From Bacteroidales bacterium (GTDB taxonomy: Bacteria > Bacteroidota > Bacteroidia > Bacteroidales > DTU049), in the NCBI GenBank assembly GCA_018056215.1, contig JAGPGB010000001.1:1-41126 (forward strand): a DNA stretch of 41,126 nt, in the 5' to 3' direction. The notes under the pieces are model-generated. The model was not told the DNA's origin. It worked only from the letters and a program-made list of their open reading frames with translations, and did no database searches. Position numbers and translations under genes: made by a program. This document shows, piece by piece, positions 19,567 to 30,346 of the stretch. Within the stretch, counting starts at the first letter, position 1. Each line of letters begins with the position of its first letter.

Positions 19567-20925
19567 TTATGCTCCTCCATAAACAGATCTACCTTTTAGT
19601 TTACCTTTTTTCATAAAACCATCATAATGTCTCATCAAGAGATGGCTCTCAATTTGCTGCAATGTATCTAATACTACACCTACCAATATTAATAAAGAGG
19701 TACCACCATAAAATTGTGCAAATTGTGATGTAATACCAAAATTACTGACTATTGCAGGTAAAATAGCAACTATAGCTAAAAATATAGAACCTGGTAAAGT
19801 AATACGAGACATAATAGTATCAATATATTCCGCAGTTTTTTTACCTGGTTTAATTCCTGGAATGAAACCATTATTTTTCTTAAGTTCATCAGCGATTTGT
19901 TGTGGATTAAAAGTAATAGCAGTGTAGAAATAAGTAAATACAATAATCAACACTGAAAAAGTAAGGTTATACCAAAATCCATTAAAATTTGAAAAAGCAG
20001 TTACAAACCAACCACCACTTTGATAATTAGCAAAACCAGCTATTGTGATAGGCAGAAACATGATAGCTTGAGCAAAAATTATTGGCATTACGCCAGCAGC
20101 ATTTACCTTTAATGGTAAATATTGTCTCACGCCACCATATTGTTTATTGCCTACTACTCTTTTAGCATATTGTACAGGAATTTTTCTTGTACCTTGAATA
20201 AGCAAAATAGTAAATAATATTACAGCAATTAGCACTATAATTTCTATAATCAAAGCGAAAATACCACCACCTTTTACAGACATACGAGAACTAAATTCTG
20301 CAGCAATAGCTATAGGAAGTCTCGCAATGATACCGATCATGATTATCAGTGATATACCATTGCCGATGCCTTTATCAGTAATTTTTTCTCCTAGCCACAT
20401 TACAAATAAAGTACCAGCTGTTAGAAGTACTGTAGCAGAAAATCTAAAAATAAATGGTATACCCGCACCTGTAAAAGGATAAATAGCCTGAGCTGGTAAT
20501 TGAGCAGCTAAATAAGTTATATATCCTTGAGCTTGAGCTATTGTTACTAAAATAGTTAAATAACGTGTTATCTGGTTTAATCTACGTCTACCGCTTTCAC
20601 CTTCTTTTTGCATACGTTGAAAAGTAGGGATGACGACGGTTAATAATTGAATAATAATGGAAGCAGATATATAAGGCATAATACCTAATGCTAAGATGGA
20701 AGCATTGGAGAATGCACCACCTGCAAACATATTAATCATTCCTAATAAACCACCCTGCCCTTGGCTAGTAAAACCACTAGCTTTTATAAGACCACCATTA
20801 ATGCCAGGTAAAACTATATGAGTACCGAAACGATACACCAATAGCAATAATAATGTATAGAGGATACGTTTTCGTAGATCCTCAATTTTAAAAATATTTC
20901 TAAAAGTTTGTATAATGTTGCTCAT
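19567..20925 (-). CDS. secY: Preprotein translocase subunit SecY
   Basis: It is a 10-TM protein with LGIMPYISASII and GTSLLI motifs, located after rplO. Confidence 0.95.
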   Translation of the reverse strand: MSNIIQTFRNIFKIEDLRKRILYTLLLLLVYRFGTHIVLPGINGGLIKASGFTSQGQGGLLGMINMFAGGAFSNASILALGIMPYISASIIIQLLTVVIPTFQRMQKEGESGRRRLNQITRYLTILVTIAQAQGYITYLAAQLPAQAIYPFTGAGIPFIFRFSATVLLTAGTLFVMWLGEKITDKGIGNGISLIIMIGIIARLPIAIAAEFSSRMSVKGGGIFALIIEIIVLIAVILFTILLIQGTRKIPVQYAKRVVGNKQYGGVRQYLPLKVNAAGVMPIIFAQAIMFLPITIAGFANYQSGGWFVTAFSNFNGFWYNLTFSVLIIVFTYFYTAITFNPQQIADELKKNNGFIPGIKPGKKTAEYIDTIMSRITLPGSIFLAIVAILPAIVSNFGITSQFAQFYGGTSLLILVGVVLDTLQQIESHLLMRHYDGFMKKGKLKGRSVYGGA

Positions 20926-21374
20926 TAATCTATAATTTTAACATTACCACCTATTTTTTCTATTTCTTCAATAGCTTTTTTAGAAAAAGCATGAGCAGAA
21001 ACTTCTACAGCTTTTTTCAGCTCACCACGAGCTAAAATTTTAACTTTAGCATTTTTGCTAATAAATCCATTTTCATACAATATATCAGGATTAATAGCAT
21101 TTAGATTTAATTTGTCAACTATATATTGAATAGTATCTAAATTAATAGGTTGATATATTTCTTTAAAAATATTTTTAAAACCAAACTTAGGAGCTCTACG
21201 GTGCAGAGGCATTTGACCACCTTCGAAGCCGAATTTACGGGTATAGCCATTACGAGATTGTTGGCCTTTAGTACCACGACCTGCGGTACCGCCTTTTTTA
21301 GAGCCTTCACCACGGCCTAGCCTAGTATTTGATTTTACAGAGCCTTTTGCTGGTTTTAGATTATTTAGATCCAT
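20925..21374 (-). CDS. rplO: 50S ribosomal protein L15
   Basis: LKPAKGSVKSNTRLGRGEGSKKGGTAGRGTKGQ. Confidence 0.95.
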   Translation of the reverse strand: MDLNNLKPAKGSVKSNTRLGRGEGSKKGGTAGRGTKGQQSRNGYTRKFGFEGGQMPLHRRAPKFGFKNIFKEIYQPINLDTIQYIVDKLNLNAINPDILYENGFISKNAKVKILARGELKKAVEVSAHAFSKKAIEEIEKIGGNVKIID

Positions 21375-21386
21375 AATTAATATTTT

Positions 21387-21566
21387 TTAAATTTCTTCTA
21401 CTTTAACTAAATGTTCAATTTTTCTTATCATACCACGAATATCTGGACGATCATCAAAGATTTTACTATGATTTAATTTTTTCAATCCCAATGCAGCAGC
21501 AGTTCGTTTTTGATCTATTGGACGTCCAATAATACTTCTCACAAGGGTTACTTTGATTTGCTTCAT
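21387..21566 (-). CDS. rpmD: 50S ribosomal protein L30 (59 aa; absent from the ORF track because it is under 60 aa)
   Basis: My hand translation of the minus strand gives MKQIKVTLVRSIIGRPIDQKRTAAALGLKKLNHSKIFDDRPDIRGMIRKIEHLVKVEEI*. It fills the rpsE-rplO gap exactly as expected. Confidence 0.9.
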   Translation of the reverse strand: MKQIKVTLVRSIIGRPIDQKRTAAALGLKKLNHSKIFDDRPDIRGMIRKIEHLVKVEEI

Positions 21567-21577
21567 AATAATTGGGT

Positions 21578-22093
21578 TTATTTATTTAATAATTTTTCTA
21601 CTGGAATATTTCTAAGTTCAGCGATAGTGTATGGGTCGCGTAATTCGCTAAGAGCCTTTATAGTAGCTTTCACTACATTATGAGGATTAGAAGAACCGAT
21701 ACATTTAGCTAACACGTTTCTAACGCCAGCACTTTCTAAAACGGCACGCATAGCTCCACCAGCGATCACACCAGTACCAGGAGCAGCAGGTTTTATAATG
21801 ACCTTAGCAGCGCCATATTTAGATATTTGTTCATGAGGTAAAGTACCATTATGAATACTAACTTTAACTAAATTCTTTTTAGCATCATCAATGGCTTTTT
21901 GGATAGCCAAAGGAACTTCTCTAGCTTTACCTAGTCCATAACCAACGATACCATTTTCATTACCTACTACCACTAATGCAGCAAAGCTAAATGTTCTACC
22001 ACCTTTAGTAACTTTAGTTACTCTTTGGATAGAGACTAGCCTATCTTTTAATTCTGTATCAGTAGCTTTTACTTTTCTAACTATATTTGCCAT
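21578..22093 (-). CDS. rpsE: 30S ribosomal protein S5
   Basis: [22 protein letters not shown]...[15 protein letters not shown]. Confidence 0.95.
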   Translation of the reverse strand: MANIVRKVKATDTELKDRLVSIQRVTKVTKGGRTFSFAALVVVGNENGIVGYGLGKAREVPLAIQKAIDDAKKNLVKVSIHNGTLPHEQISKYGAAKVIIKPAAPGTGVIAGGAMRAVLESAGVRNVLAKCIGSSNPHNVVKATIKALSELRDPYTIAELRNIPVEKLLNK

Positions 22094-22098
22094 AAAAT

Positions 22099-22467
22099 TT
22101 AAAATTTAAGCCCATTTTCTCTTGCACTATCTGCTAATGCTTTAATTCTACCATGATATAAATATCCGTTACGATCGAAAACAACTGTATCGATACCAGC
22201 ATCTAAAGCTTTTTTAGCAATCAATTTGCCTACTTCTTTAGATTTATCTGTTTTAGACAGTTTTTGATCTTTTAATTCTTTAGAAAGAGATGACACACTC
22301 ATAATGGTAACATGCTTAACATCATCAATTATTTGAGCATAAATCTCTTTATCACTTCTATAAACACATAAGCGTGGTCTATTTGCTGTACCAAAATATT
22401 TTTTACTGATACGCATTTTGATTCTACGCCTTCTTGCTTCTTTTTTGTTTTTAATCTTGGGTTCCAT
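22099..22467 (-). CDS. rplR: 50S ribosomal protein L18
   Basis: [20 protein letters not shown]...[26 protein letters not shown]. Confidence 0.95.
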   Translation of the reverse strand: MEPKIKNKKEARRRRIKMRISKKYFGTANRPRLCVYRSDKEIYAQIIDDVKHVTIMSVSSLSKELKDQKLSKTDKSKEVGKLIAKKALDAGIDTVVFDRNGYLYHGRIKALADSARENGLKF

Positions 22468-22481
22468 AGATATAATATTAA

Positions 22482-23042
22482 TTATTTAACAGAAGCTGCA
22501 GCCTTGCCAGCCTTACGACGAATATATTCACCTTGATATTTGACACCCTTTCCTTTATAAGGTTCTGGTTTTCTGAGAGAACGTATTTTAGCAGCTACCT
22601 GACCTAAAAGTTGTTTGTCGAAAGATTTCAAAATTATTTTAGGATTTGCACCTCTTTCAGTGACAGTAGTAACAGTGATTTCTGGAGGTAACTCAAACAA
22701 CACATTATGAGAAAAGCCTAATGAAAGTTCTAAAATTTGTCCTTGAGCTTGAGCTTTATAACCCACACCTACTAATTCCAATGTTTTAGTAAACCCTTCA
22801 GAAACGCCAGTAACCATGTTATTTAATAAAGCTCTATAGAGGCCATGGTACATACGTGTTTGTTTTTCGTCATTTGAACGAGTGAGTGTCAAAGTATCAC
22901 CATCGATATTAATTTTTATTGATGGATGAATAAATTGAGTTAATTGTCCCAATTTTCCTTTAACTGTGACTATATTATCAGCAGATATATCAATAGATAC
23001 TCCCTGAGGTATTTTAATTGGTAAATTTCCTATTCTAGACAT
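22482..23042 (-). CDS. rplF: 50S ribosomal protein L6
   Basis: The canonical N-terminus [12 protein letters not shown] begins at the ATG at 23040-23042. The longer track ORF, which ends at 23078, would overlap rpsH. Confidence 0.9.
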   Translation of the reverse strand: MSRIGNLPIKIPQGVSIDISADNIVTVKGKLGQLTQFIHPSIKINIDGDTLTLTRSNDEKQTRMYHGLYRALLNNMVTGVSEGFTKTLELVGVGYKAQAQGQILELSLGFSHNVLFELPPEITVTTVTERGANPKIILKSFDKQLLGQVAAKIRSLRKPEPYKGKGVKYQGEYIRRKAGKAAASVK

Positions 23043-23062
23043 TACTAACTCCTTATTTTTAA

Positions 23063-23461
23063 TTAAGAAACATAACAAATGACTTCGCCGCCGATATGAC
23101 GATTACGAGCATCTCTATCTGTCATGAGACCTTCTGATGTACTAATAATAGCAATACCTAGTCCATTCATGACTTTAGGTAGATCGTCAGCTTTTTTATA
23201 AATACGTCTACCTGGTTTAGAAACACGCTCTAATTTTTGTATGGGGCTAATCTTCATTGTAGGATGATACTTCAAAGCTATGATAAGTTTGCGAGGAAAA
23301 GATTCTTCATCAACTTTAAAATTTAAAATATATCCTTCATCTTTTAAAATTTGAGTCAAAGAAATAAGCAAATTACTTGCAGGCATCTCTACAATACGAT
23401 GTTTTGCGCTAATTGCATTCCTAATGCGTGTCAGGTAATCAGCAATTGGATCTGTTGTCAT
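23063..23461 (-). CDS. rpsH: 30S ribosomal protein S8
   Basis: DPIADYLTRIRNA...GGEVICYV. Confidence 0.95.
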   Translation of the reverse strand: MTTDPIADYLTRIRNAISAKHRIVEMPASNLLISLTQILKDEGYILNFKVDEESFPRKLIIALKYHPTMKISPIQKLERVSKPGRRIYKKADDLPKVMNGLGIAIISTSEGLMTDRDARNRHIGGEVICYVS

Positions 23462-23505
23462 ATTTATTTTTCTTTTTTTATTAATTTAATATTTTTTTAA
23501 AAATG

Positions 23506-23535
23506 CAAAATTACAAATTATACATTAATTACAAA
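23506..23535 (-). promoter_or_regulatory. Possible internal promoter upstream of rpsH within the spc block
   Basis: On the minus strand, TTTG (23532-23535) and TAATTTTG (23506-23513) are separated by an 18-nt spacer. They lie in an unusually long 114-nt gap between rpsN and rpsH. Confidence 0.3.
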
Positions 23536-23575
23536 TCAAAAAACAGTAAAATATATTAAAATTTTGTAACATATC

Positions 23576-23845
23576 TTACCAACTAGCTTTTTTAACTCCT
23601 GGTATCATACCTTTAGAAGCTAATTCGCGGAAATCTATACGAGAAATTCCAAAATATCTAATATAGCCTCTTGGTCTGCCAGAGAGGGCACATCTATTTC
23701 TCATTCTCACTGGAGATGCATTACGTGGTAATTTTTGCAATCCTACATAATCTCCTTTTGCTTTTAACTCTGCACGTTTACTAGCATATTTATCTACTGT
23801 CTGCCTTCTTTTTCTCTCACGTGCTTTCATTGATTCTTTTGCCAT
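23576..23845 (-). CDS. rpsN: 30S ribosomal protein S14 (long, non-zinc type, 89 aa)
   Basis: [13 protein letters not shown]...[28 protein letters not shown]...W. The track start at 23857 is a TTG four codons upstream of the canonical ATG. Confidence 0.9.
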   Translation of the reverse strand: MAKESMKARERKRRQTVDKYASKRAELKAKGDYVGLQKLPRNASPVRMRNRCALSGRPRGYIRYFGISRIDFRELASKGMIPGVKKASW

Positions 23846-23860
23846 ATATTCAAACAATTT

Positions 23861-24418
23861 TTATTTTCTAAAAGGAATACCCATAAATTTTAATAAAGCA
23901 TAAGCTTCTTTATCAGTTTTAGCAGTAGTTATTATATTAATGTCCATGCCAAGGATTTTATTCACCTTATCCATATTAATTTCTGGGAATATAATTTGTT
24001 CATTAATGCCAAAAGAGAAATTACCTTTGCCATCGAAGCCATTATCATTAATTCCGTGAAAATCTCGGATACGAGGTATAGCAATAGATATCAACCTATC
24101 AAGGAAATAATACATATTATCATTTCTCAAAGTAACTTTAGTGCCTATAGGCATGCCTTTTCGGATTTTAAAGTTATTAATATCTTTTTTAGCATAAGTA
24201 GCTATAGCTTTTTGTCCAGTAATCATAGTAAGTTCATTGAGAGCGGCTTCAATAAGTTTACGATCTTGGGTAGCCTCACCGATACCTTGATTAACGACGA
24301 TTTTTTCAATTTTAGGTACCTGCATAATATTTTTATAAGCAAATTCCTTCATCATAGCAGGAACTACTTCGTCGTAATATTTTTTCTTTAATCTTGGGAT
24401 ATAAGTTTTTGTTGTCAT
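23861..24418 (-). CDS. rplE: 50S ribosomal protein L5
   Basis: [19 protein letters not shown]...[15 protein letters not shown]. Confidence 0.95.
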   Translation of the reverse strand: MTTKTYIPRLKKKYYDEVVPAMMKEFAYKNIMQVPKIEKIVVNQGIGEATQDRKLIEAALNELTMITGQKAIATYAKKDINNFKIRKGMPIGTKVTLRNDNMYYFLDRLISIAIPRIRDFHGINDNGFDGKGNFSFGINEQIIFPEINMDKVNKILGMDINIITTAKTDKEAYALLKFMGIPFRK

Positions 24419-24762
24419 TTAATTACCTCCCCTGTTTTTTTAGCAAATCTAACTAATTTACCATTTTCGTCATATTTTCTGCCAATGCGAGTAGGAGTAT
24501 TACCTACTAATAACATAACATTAGAGATATCTATAGGAGCTTCTTGTTCGATTCTTCCACCTTGAGGATGAGCAGCAGAAGGTTTAGAATGTTTAATAAC
24601 AATATTAACACCTTCTACAATAACACGATGTTCTTTAGGTAAAACCATAAGTACTCTACCCTCAGCGCCTTTATCATCACCTGCTATCACACGCACTTGA
24701 TCACCTTTTTTTATTTTTACTTTAACCCTTTTTTCGGGTTTTTTGTTTTTGGTTTTAGCCAT
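24415..24762 (-). CDS. rplX: 50S ribosomal protein L24
   Basis: It has a KOW motif ([21 protein letters not shown]) and overlaps rplE by 4 nt. Confidence 0.95.
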   Translation of the reverse strand: MAKTKNKKPEKRVKVKIKKGDQVRVIAGDDKGAEGRVLMVLPKEHRVIVEGVNIVIKHSKPSAAHPQGGRIEQEAPIDISNVMLLVGNTPTRIGRKYDENGKLVRFAKKTGEVIK

Positions 24763-24796
24763 AATTAAAAATATATTTTAAAATTTAAAAACATAA

Positions 24797-25165
24797 TTAA
24801 ATAACTTCTGGAGCTAGAGAAACTATTTTCATATATTGTTTCTCTCTGAGCTCACGAGGTACAGGACCGAAGATACGAGTAGCACGGAGTTCGTCATTAG
24901 GAGTGAGCAAAACGCAAGCATTATCATCAAATCTTATATAAGACCCATCAGCTCTTTTAATTTCTTTTCTAGTGCGAACGATAACTGCTTTAGTAACAGT
25001 ACCTCTTTTAATATTACCAGAAGGGATAGCACTTTTGACAGTAACTATAATTTTATCTCCTACAGTAGCATATCTTTTACCTGTGCTACCAAGGACGCGG
25101 ATACACAAAACTTCTTTTGCACCACTATTATCCGCAACTTTTAAGCGACTTTCTTGTTGTATCAT
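24797..25165 (-). CDS. rplN: 50S ribosomal protein L14
   Basis: [26 protein letters not shown]. Confidence 0.95.
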   Translation of the reverse strand: MIQQESRLKVADNSGAKEVLCIRVLGSTGKRYATVGDKIIVTVKSAIPSGNIKRGTVTKAVIVRTRKEIKRADGSYIRFDDNACVLLTPNDELRATRIFGPVPRELREKQYMKIVSLAPEVI

Positions 25166-25167
25166 AA

Positions 25168-25431
25168 CTATTTACTCTTTTCAATGATTTCTACTACTCT
25201 CCAATGCTTATTTTTGCTTAAAGGTCTAGTTTCTACTATACGCACTTTATCACCTATGCCACATTCATTATTTTCATCATGAGCCATAAATTTGTTAGCT
25301 TTTTTAACATATTTTTTATAAAGAGGGTCCATTTTCTGATAGTTTACACGTACCACAACGGATTTATTCATTTTATTACTCACGACGATGCCAATGCGTT
25401 CTTTTCTATTTTCTTTTTTAACCTTTTCCAT
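25168..25431 (-). CDS. rpsQ: 30S ribosomal protein S17
   Basis: [19 protein letters not shown]...[32 protein letters not shown]. Confidence 0.95.
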   Translation of the reverse strand: MEKVKKENRKERIGIVVSNKMNKSVVVRVNYQKMDPLYKKYVKKANKFMAHDENNECGIGDKVRIVETRPLSKNKHWRVVEIIEKSK

Positions 25432-25433
25432 TA

Positions 25434-25655
25434 TTATTTGGATTTATTAATATTTGCTTGTTTTTCATTATTTTCACGTTCGGTTAGTACCGTTAGAATG
25501 CGAGCAATGTCTTTTCTAATTTCTCTAAATTTTGTAGTATTATCTACAGGAGAAATAGCGTGGCTCATTTTTAATTTAGAATATTCTAGTTTTAGCTCAT
25601 CGAGTCTTTCTTTTAACTCTTTTGATGATAACTCTCTAATTACAGATATTTCCAT
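25434..25655 (-). CDS. rpmC: 50S ribosomal protein L29
   Basis: [25 protein letters not shown], positioned between rplP and rpsQ. Confidence 0.9.
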   Translation of the reverse strand: MEISVIRELSSKELKERLDELKLEYSKLKMSHAISPVDNTTKFREIRKDIARILTVLTERENNEKQANINKSK

Positions 25656-25678
25656 AAAATCTATCTCCTCATTTTAAA

Positions 25679-26098
25679 TTATTCGACAAAATCTCTACTT
25701 ATGATAAACTTAGTTTTCACAGGTAATTTCTGAGCTGCTAGGCGCATAGCTTCTTTTGCGATATCGAGAGGTACGCCCTCGACTTCGAACAGGATTCTAC
25801 CAGGTAGCACTGGAGCGACAAAAAATTCAGGATTACCTTTACCTTTACCCATACGTACCTCGTTAGGTTTTTTAGACACAGGTTTATCGGGAAAAATTCT
25901 AATCCAAAGTTGCCCTTCACGTTTCATATAACGAGTAGCTGCTTGACGAGCAGCTTCTATTTGGCGAGCTGTAAGCCATGCAGATTCTAGGGTTTTCAAA
26001 CCAAAAGATCCAAATGCCAATTGAGTACCTCTATTAGCATTGCCTTTCATTTTACCCTTCTGGGCTTTTCTATATTTAGTTTTCTTTGGCTGTAACAT
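25679..26098 (-). CDS. rplP: 50S ribosomal protein L16
   Basis: [19 protein letters not shown]...[10 protein letters not shown]. Confidence 0.95.
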   Translation of the reverse strand: MLQPKKTKYRKAQKGKMKGNANRGTQLAFGSFGLKTLESAWLTARQIEAARQAATRYMKREGQLWIRIFPDKPVSKKPNEVRMGKGKGNPEFFVAPVLPGRILFEVEGVPLDIAKEAMRLAAQKLPVKTKFIISRDFVE

Positions 26099-26126
26099 TT
26101 TAAAAAATTTTTAAATTAATTAACAA

Positions 26127-26840
26127 TTATTTTTTTCTACGTGGAGAACGTCTAGAATGGTTTGAAGGTTGATTTCCTTTAGTATTGGCAGTTTCTAAAC
26201 CATAAAAATCTGGTTTACGATATACCATACCTCTGCAAACCCATACTTTAATACCTAATCTACCATAAACTGTATGAGCTTCTCCTAAAGCATAATCGAT
26301 ATCTGCTCTAAAAGTGTGCAAGGGTATTTGTCCTTCTTTGAATTCTTCTTTTCTAGCCATTTCAGCACCACCAATACGTCCAGAGATAGATACCTTGATA
26401 CCATCAGCACCAGCTCTAATAGTATTTGCTACTGCTGATTTGATAGCTCTTCTATATGCTATACGACCTTCTATCTGTTTAGCAATATTTTTTGCTATAA
26501 TAGTAGCATCTAGTTCAGGTTTTTTAACTTCATGGATATAAATCTGAATATCTTTATTCGTCAATCTTTTCAGCTCTTCTTTTAGTTTATCTGCTTCGCT
26601 ACCTTTGGCACCAATAATCATACCTGGACGAGCAGCATAAATAGTGATATTAACGAATTTTATAGTTCTTTCGATGATTATATGAGATAATTGAGCTTTT
26701 TCTAATCTAGAATTCAGATAATTACGGATTTTTATATCTTCAGCAAGTTTTTCAGAATAATTTTTTCCGCCATACCATATAGAATCCCATGTGCGGGTGA
26801 TGCCTAATCTATTAGAAATTGGATTTGTTTTTTGTCCCAT
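26127..26840 (-). CDS. rpsC: 30S ribosomal protein S3
   Basis: [20 protein letters not shown], with KH and S3-C domains. Confidence 0.95.
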   Translation of the reverse strand: MGQKTNPISNRLGITRTWDSIWYGGKNYSEKLAEDIKIRNYLNSRLEKAQLSHIIIERTIKFVNITIYAARPGMIIGAKGSEADKLKEELKRLTNKDIQIYIHEVKKPELDATIIAKNIAKQIEGRIAYRRAIKSAVANTIRAGADGIKVSISGRIGGAEMARKEEFKEGQIPLHTFRADIDYALGEAHTVYGRLGIKVWVCRGMVYRKPDFYGLETANTKGNQPSNHSRRSPRRKK

Positions 26841-27295
26841 TATTCCTCCGTATTATTAGATGATTCGACTTTATTATTTGTTATCATATTCATTTCTTCT
26901 GCTTTACTTCCTAATTCCATATAAACATGGCAAGATTCCTTTCTAATAGGATTAGCACTACCACGAGGAGCAGAAATAAATCTTTTAAGAGCAGGCCCTT
27001 GATTTACCATAATCGTTTTCACGTATAACTGTGCTTCTTCTATTCTAAGACCTGATTTTGATTTTTGTTTATAGTTGTCAATATTATGAAGTAACAATTT
27101 ATATAAAAATCTAGCGCCTTTTTTAGGAGTAGTTTTTAAAATAACAAGAGCATCCTCAACAGATTTACCTCTCACTAGATTAGCTACTGGACGCATTTTT
27201 CTAGCTGATACAGGGCATTTATTGAGTTTAGCAAAATATGTTTTGCTTTTTTTCTCTTTTATAGCTTCTGCCATTAATCTTTTTCTTTTTCCCAT
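26840..27295 (-). CDS. rplV: 50S ribosomal protein L22 (with C-terminal extension)
   Basis: [31 protein letters not shown]... Confidence 0.95.
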   Translation of the reverse strand: MGKRKRLMAEAIKEKKSKTYFAKLNKCPVSARKMRPVANLVRGKSVEDALVILKTTPKKGARFLYKLLLHNIDNYKQKSKSGLRIEEAQLYVKTIMVNQGPALKRFISAPRGSANPIRKESCHVYMELGSKAEEMNMITNNKVESSNNTEE

Positions 27296-27312
27296 AGCAA
27301 TAACTTAAAAAA

Positions 27313-27594
27313 TTATTTTCTTTTATCTTCTTTTCTATTACCTGCATGACCACGAAATATTCGTGTAGGAGCAAATTCACCTAATTTATGACCTACCATA
27401 TTTTCAGTAACATAAACTGGAATAAATGTTTTACCATTATGCACTGCAATAGTCAGACCTACAAAGTCTGGAGTAATCATTGAAGCTCTTGAGTAAGTTT
27501 TAATAACTTGCTTTTTTGATGCAGCTTGCATATTTAAAACTTTTTTTTCAAGCTTATAATGTACATAAGGTCCTTTTTTTAATGAGCGACTCAT
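27313..27594 (-). CDS. rpsS: 30S ribosomal protein S19
   Basis: [11 protein letters not shown]...[27 protein letters not shown]. Confidence 0.95.
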   Translation of the reverse strand: MSRSLKKGPYVHYKLEKKVLNMQAASKKQVIKTYSRASMITPDFVGLTIAVHNGKTFIPVYVTENMVGHKLGEFAPTRIFRGHAGNRKEDKRK

Positions 27595-27603
27595 ATATTT
27601 CTT

Positions 27604-28428
27604 TTATTTTTTTCTACGTTCAATGATAAATTTATTCGTTGTTTTATTTTTCTTACGAGTTTTGTAACCTTTAGCATAAATGCCATTGCGACTACGTGGA
27701 TGACCACCAGAAGCTTTACCTTCACCACCACCCATTGGGTGATCTACTGGGTTCATAGCGACACCACGATTTCTAGGTCTACGACCCAACCAACGTCTGC
27801 GTCCTGCTTTACCATGTTTGATCAAGCTATGTTCAGTATTTGAACACATTCCAATAGTTGCCTTGCAATTAACTGGTACTAATCTAGTTTCGCCACTAGG
27901 CATTTTAATAACAGCATACTTATTATCACGTGATAATAGTTGTGCGTATGATCCTGCGCTCCTAGCTATTTTAGCACCTTGATTAGGGAACATCTCAATA
28001 TTATGTATTAAAGATCCCAGAGGGATATCACTCAGATACAAGCAATTTCCTATTTCAGGAGGTACATTTTTACCAGAAATTATAGTTTGTCCTACTTTTA
28101 ATCCTTGAGGAGCAATAATATATCTTTTTTCGCCATCTTTATATGCTAATAAAGCTATTCTAGCACTACGATTAGGGTCATACTCAATAGATTTCACTAC
28201 AGCAGGAATACCATCTTTATCTCTTTTGAAATCTATTATGCGGTACATTCTTTTATGACCACCGCCACGATATCTAATAGTCCTATGACCTTCATTATTA
28301 CGACCACCAGTTTTTTTATAAGGTACTAATAAACTTTTTTCAGGTTTATCAGTAGTGATTTCAGAGAAATCATTTATCACTTTGAAACGTAATCCTGGTG
28401 TTACTGGTTTAAATTTTTTTAATCCCAT
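27604..28428 (-). CDS. rplB: 50S ribosomal protein L2
   Basis: [18 protein letters not shown]...[13 protein letters not shown]. Confidence 0.95.
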   Translation of the reverse strand: MGLKKFKPVTPGLRFKVINDFSEITTDKPEKSLLVPYKKTGGRNNEGHRTIRYRGGGHKRMYRIIDFKRDKDGIPAVVKSIEYDPNRSARIALLAYKDGEKRYIIAPQGLKVGQTIISGKNVPPEIGNCLYLSDIPLGSLIHNIEMFPNQGAKIARSAGSYAQLLSRDNKYAVIKMPSGETRLVPVNCKATIGMCSNTEHSLIKHGKAGRRRWLGRRPRNRGVAMNPVDHPMGGGEGKASGGHPRSRNGIYAKGYKTRKKNKTTNKFIIERRKK

Positions 28429-28441
28429 TACTTACAATCTT

Positions 28442-28744
28442 TTAAATATTACTATAAAAATCTATTGAAAAACCTTCTTTCAAAAACACAGTAGCTTTTT
28501 TAAAAGCAGGTGTACGACCTTCTATCCATCCTGTACGTGTACCTCTCAGTTTCTTTTTGCCTTGGAAATTAGAAGTATTCACTTTTTCTACTTGTACATT
28601 ATAAAGCCATTCTACTGCTTTTTTAATATCATATTTAGTAGCTTTAGGATTTACTATAAAAGTATATCTATTACTAAACTTCTCTGTTTGTTGAGTAGCT
28701 TTCTCAGTAATATGTGGTTTTATTATTACATCTTTAGGTTCCAT
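28442..28744 (-). CDS. rplW: 50S ribosomal protein L23
   Basis: IKPHITEKA...YTFIVNPKATKYDIKKAVEWLYNVQVEKVNT. Confidence 0.95.
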   Translation of the reverse strand: MEPKDVIIKPHITEKATQQTEKFSNRYTFIVNPKATKYDIKKAVEWLYNVQVEKVNTSNFQGKKKLRGTRTGWIEGRTPAFKKATVFLKEGFSIDFYSNI

Positions 28745-28749
28745 AATAT

Positions 28750-29391
28750 CTATGCTTTTTGAAATCTTAATAAAATATTTTCTATTATAGGTAGGCTAGC
28801 TTCGTTAAATACTAAACAATTAGCATTTAGAACATCATAAGTATTTAATTTAGAAGCCAACATAATTTTAACTTTAGGTAAATTTTTAGCTGATAAAACA
28901 ACATATTCATCAATTTTATCGACTAAAAATAAAGTTTTTTTATCATTAATTTTCAGATTATTCAATACTTGTTTAAAATTTTTAGTTTTTATATCATCAA
29001 TAATCAGATCCTCGATAACGATGATTTGGTTATTTTTAGCTTTATAGGTCAGAGCACTTTTACGAGCAAGGACTTGTACTTTTTTATTCACTTTAATAGA
29101 ATAATCTCTAGGATGAGGGCCGAAAGCAGTAGCTCCACCATGTAATAAAGGACTTTTAATATCACCTCTACGAGCGCGCCCAGTACCTTTTTGGCGGAAT
29201 AATTTACGAGTACTTCCACTCAACTGATTACGTTCTTTAGTACTAGCTAACCCACTACGTTTATTAGCTTGAATACGCTTAATATCTAGCCAAATAGCAT
29301 GATCATTAGGCTGTATATTAAAAATCTCGTCTTTTAATTCTATAGAACGAGATGTTTCTGTACCATCTTGTTTTAATACTTTTACTTCCAT
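28750..29391 (-). CDS. rplD: 50S ribosomal protein L4
   Basis: [28 protein letters not shown]. Confidence 0.95.
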   Translation of the reverse strand: MEVKVLKQDGTETSRSIELKDEIFNIQPNDHAIWLDIKRIQANKRSGLASTKERNQLSGSTRKLFRQKGTGRARRGDIKSPLLHGGATAFGPHPRDYSIKVNKKVQVLARKSALTYKAKNNQIIVIEDLIIDDIKTKNFKQVLNNLKINDKKTLFLVDKIDEYVVLSAKNLPKVKIMLASKLNTYDVLNANCLVFNEASLPIIENILLRFQKA

Positions 29392-30014
29392 CTTTCAAGT
29401 TTTAAATATGAACCTACTGCACCAGGGACGGCACCTTTAACTAATACCAAATTTTTCTCTGGGATAATTTTAATAATTTGCAAATTTATCATTTTAACAC
29501 GTTTACCACCATCTCTACCTGCCATTCTAGTACCTTTCATTACTCTTGAAGGATATGAGCTAGCGCCAATAGAGCCTGGGTGACGTTGTCTATTATGCTG
29601 ACCATGAGTTTGACCACCTACACCACTAAATCCGTGACGTTTTATAACACCCTGAAAGCCTTTACCTTTAGTGATACCCACTACATCAATATATTCACCT
29701 TCAATGAATACACTATCTGGGGTCAGAATATCACCTAATTTTTTTTGATGGCCTTCCTCGAAACGTGTAAATTCTTTCAATATTCTTTTAGGTGTAGTAC
29801 CTGCATGTTTAAAATGTCCTAACAATGGCTTATTAGCTTTTTTCTCTTCGATTTCATCGAATGCTAATTGAATAGCGTCATAGCCATCAGTAGCTTTAGT
29901 TTTTACTTGAGTTACTACACAAGGTCCAGCTTCTATGACAGTAACACCGACGCGTTTACCATCTTGATCATAGACACTGGTCATTCCAATTTTTTTACCT
30001 ATCAATCCAGACAT
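29382..30014 (-). CDS. rplC: 50S ribosomal protein L3
   Basis: [15 protein letters not shown]...[14 protein letters not shown]. Confidence 0.95.
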   Translation of the reverse strand: MSGLIGKKIGMTSVYDQDGKRVGVTVIEAGPCVVTQVKTKATDGYDAIQLAFDEIEEKKANKPLLGHFKHAGTTPKRILKEFTRFEEGHQKKLGDILTPDSVFIEGEYIDVVGITKGKGFQGVIKRHGFSGVGGQTHGQHNRQRHPGSIGASSYPSRVMKGTRMAGRDGGKRVKMINLQIIKIIPEKNLVLVKGAVPGAVGSYLKLERWK

Positions 30015-30030
30015 ATTATCACCTCCTGGT

Positions 30031-30333
30031 TTAAACTTTAATTTCTATTTCTACTCCACGTGGTAGCTCTAATTTCATTAACTCATCTATAGTAGATTGA
30101 TTAGTAAAATAAATATCTATCAATCTCATATGAGTAGCCAGTTGAAACTGTTCACGAGACTCTTTATGCACAAAAGTAGAACGATTAACTGTAAAAATCT
30201 TTTTTTCTGTAGGCAATGGAATAGGTCCATTGATGACAGCTTTTGTCGCCTTCACAGATTTTATGATCTTCTCTGCAGACTTGTCTATCAGATAATGATC
30301 GTAAGACTTTAATTTAATTCTTATTCTATTCAC
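30031..30333 (-). CDS. rpsJ: 30S ribosomal protein S10
   Basis: [20 protein letters not shown]...GPIPLPT. Confidence 0.95.
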   Translation of the reverse strand: MNRIRIKLKSYDHYLIDKSAEKIIKSVKATKAVINGPIPLPTEKKIFTVNRSTFVHKESREQFQLATHMRLIDIYFTNQSTIDELMKLELPRGVEIEIKV

Positions 30334-30346
30334 AATATTCTATTTT

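Noticed and set aside
30334-30346. Absence of tuf between fusA and rpsJ.
   Set aside because: In Bacteroidota tuf normally lies elsewhere, near secE-nusG. This is the expected arrangement and not a deletion.
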